DNA of 64,000 nucleotides from Vulcanimicrobiota bacterium (GTDB lineage Bacteria; Vulcanimicrobiota; Xenobia; Xenobiales; JADMJV01): NCBI GenBank assembly GCA_050250895.1, contig JBFWNU010000001.1, positions 288,001 to 352,000 of the forward strand, read 5' to 3'. Shown piece by piece: positions 62,218 to 64,000 of this stretch (position 1 is its first letter; each line of letters starts with the position of its first letter). The notes under the pieces were generated by a model. It saw only the letters and a program-made list of their open reading frames with translations, ran no database searches and was not told where the DNA came from. The position numbers and the translations under genes were made by a program.

Positions 62218-63998
62218 AGAAACCACCTGCCGACCAATGCCGGGTCGAGGGGGTCGGGGCGTTCGAGCACCTCTTGATGACCCGCCCCCAGCAGAGCCAG
62301 CAGGCGCCGCTGGCGGGGCCGCTGCTCGAGACCCTGGCGACAAACCCGGGCCGCTTCTTCGGGCTTGCCCAGGGCCAGCCAGACCCGGGCCTCGGTCACG
62401 CTCAAGGCTGGCCAAACGGGCACGCCCTCGCGAATCTCCTCGACGCGCTGGAGGGCCTTCTCGTGGTGGCCCAGGGCCAGGCGCGCACGCACCTCGAGCA
62501 AAGGAGCCAGCCCGTACTCGCCCAGCAGCTTCAGGCCGTCGAGCACGAATTGGGGGTTGGTGGTCAGCAGCTTCTCGAAGATGGCGGCCTGCTCGCCCAG
62601 CGTGAGTGAAGAGGCCGGGTCGGCGAGGTATTCGGCCACCTTCTCGGGCGAGCCGAAATCGAGGAGATGGCGAGCCATCTCGGTGCGGTGGGCGCCAAAC
62701 TGCTGGCCCCCGTGGGCCCAGGACCGCTCGAGCATGGTCGCGGCCCAGTCGGCTTGCCCCAGGCGCCGATAGACCCGGGCCAGGCCAACCAGGCTGCGCG
62801 AGCGCTCGTCGGGGGGATGGCAGCACAGGGCAAAACCCACCGCCGCCGCTTCGAGATTCTCATCGAGCAAATACTCGCCGGCCTGGCCATAGGGGTCCTC
62901 GCGCAGCAGTCGGCACTCGCCCTTCGACAACCGATACAGGGTGCGACCCAAAGCCTTGAGGCGCGGCTGCTCACTGGACTCGAGCAGGCGAGCGGCCGGA
63001 CCCACCCAGCCCACTTGAAAAAGCACCGAAAAGAGCCGCTCGCGCAGCATCCGGGCCAGCTCGCTCTGGCCGTGATAGGCCATGGCCTTGTCCAGGCGCT
63101 CGAGGGCCAGCCGGCATGGCACCTGCAATCGCCAGGGGTCATCGAGCAACAACATGGCTCGCTGCACCTGGTCGGCGCGCAACATCAGCAAAAGACGATG
63201 CAGGCGAGCCTTCTGGCTGGCCTGGTCGAGCACCTCGATGGCTCCCCTAAAGTCGCCCTCGACCTCGCGCAACACCGACAGCCAGAGGGGGTCGCGAGCG
63301 GTGCCAGCCATGGCTTCGGCCGGGCTGCGGGCCCCGACCCTGGGCCGGCCGCGAACCTGACGTTCGGCCGGGTGATAGATCACTCCCAGCTGCGGATCAT
63401 AGATCGGCTGGGGACGCTCAAGAGTGAGCCCATTGAGCAGCCGCTGGCTATCGAAGAAGTCGAGCGGCTCGAGCAACTCGCGAGCCTCCTCCCACTGGCG
63501 CAGGGCCAGGTGAATCCGGGCCCGGTTGTAGCGGGCGCCGTCAAGGTCAGCCAGGCCCAGCAGGCGCAGGGCGCTGTCCCAATCTCCGTGGCCCACCATC
63601 AACACTCCCAGCAGATTGTACAGATGAGGCGCCAGATCGGTCCAACTGAAGAGACCCTCGACGGTCACGGCCACCAGCTGGCGGCGGCCGGCCTGGTAGT
63701 GCGCCAGCGCTCGTAGATAGGTCTTGAGCCCCGGCTCTTGATAGTAATCGCGCAGCCACTCCAGGCTCGCCTCCTCTGACATCGGACTGGGAAAGCCCAG
63801 GCAAAGGGGGCCGGCCGTGGTCGAGACCTTGAGATACTTCCAGCCGTAAATGAAGTCGTCGCCGACCCAGCCCTGCAAGGAACCTGGTCGGGTGGGGCGG
63901 GCCCGGGTGAGGGTCTCGAGTCGATAGCCGAGAGCCTGAAAAGGCGAATCTTTGAAGTGAGGCGCCAGCTGCTCCTGAGCGCTCAGCGGATCCCAGCC
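62214..63998 (-). CDS. TPR-like protein, 5' end outside the window
   Basis: Frame is open to the window edge; TPR-like motifs; segments similar to 60274..62217. Confidence 0.75.
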   Translation of the reverse strand, partial: GWDPLSAQEQLAPHFKDSPFQALGYRLETLTRARPTRPGSLQGWVGDDFIYGWKYLKVSTTAGPLCLGFPSPMSEEASLEWLRDYYQEPGLKTYLRALAHYQAGRRQLVAVTVEGLFSWTDLAPHLYNLLGVLMVGHGDWDSALRLLGLADLDGARYNRARIHLALRQWEEARELLEPLDFFDSQRLLNGLTLERPQPIYDPQLGVIYHPAERQVRGRPRVGARSPAEAMAGTARDPLWLSVLREVEGDFRGAIEVLDQASQKARLHRLLLMLRADQVQRAMLLLDDPWRLQVPCRLALERLDKAMAYHGQSELARMLRERLFSVLFQVGWVGPAARLLESSEQPRLKALGRTLYRLSKGECRLLREDPYGQAGEYLLDENLEAAAVGFALCCHPPDERSRSLVGLARVYRRLGQADWAATMLERSWAHGGQQFGAHRTEMARHLLDFGSPEKVAEYLADPASSLTLGEQAAIFEKLLTTNPQFVLDGLKLLGEYGLAPLLEVRARLALGHHEKALQRVEEIREGVPVWPALSVTEARVWLALGKPEEAARVCRQGLEQRPRQRRLLALLGAGHQEVLERPDPLDPALVGRWFL

Positions 63999-64000
63999 CA

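Noticed and set aside
60274-62826. 850-aa version of the TPR gene with an Arg/Pro-rich N-terminus
   Set aside because: The extension overlaps the upstream gene in another frame; the ATG at 62217 with ATGA coupling is more plausible.

Overview
GC-rich bacterial chromosomal window with about 55 protein-coding genes and no rRNA, tRNA, CRISPR array or intact transposase. Housekeeping and metabolic genes: fused 2-oxoacid dehydrogenase E1, pruA, radC-plsX-recG-rsmD, CoA-transferase, kup, vapBC, and a SulP / beta-carbonic anhydrase / two-component module. These are interleaved with many orphan genes. Most notable is a recurring promoter, TTTCAG-N5-TTTCAG-N10-TANNNT, often 6-8 nt before the ATG. It sits in front of about 10 orphan or hydrolase-like genes that lack Sec signals but have M-x-I/L-type, S/T/P/A-rich disordered N-termini. 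These include two catalytically dead M1 aminopeptidase paralogues, a clostripain-like protease, a YidD-glycine-zipper fusion, a 77-aa repeat protein and twin tail-anchored microproteins. Two peptidoglycan hydrolases have harpin-like N-termini. I infer a co-regulated set of type III/flagellar-type secreted effectors. The gene style suggests Candidatus Eremiobacterota (WPS-2), but that assignment is inference only. Several probable genes are missing from or split in the ORF track: a secretin N-terminal fragment, a 59-aa Cys-rich protein under an FNR/CRP-type box, a 28-aa sORF, and a gene split by a C7 homopolymer frameshift. All assignments are by-eye motif recognition; no database searches were run.
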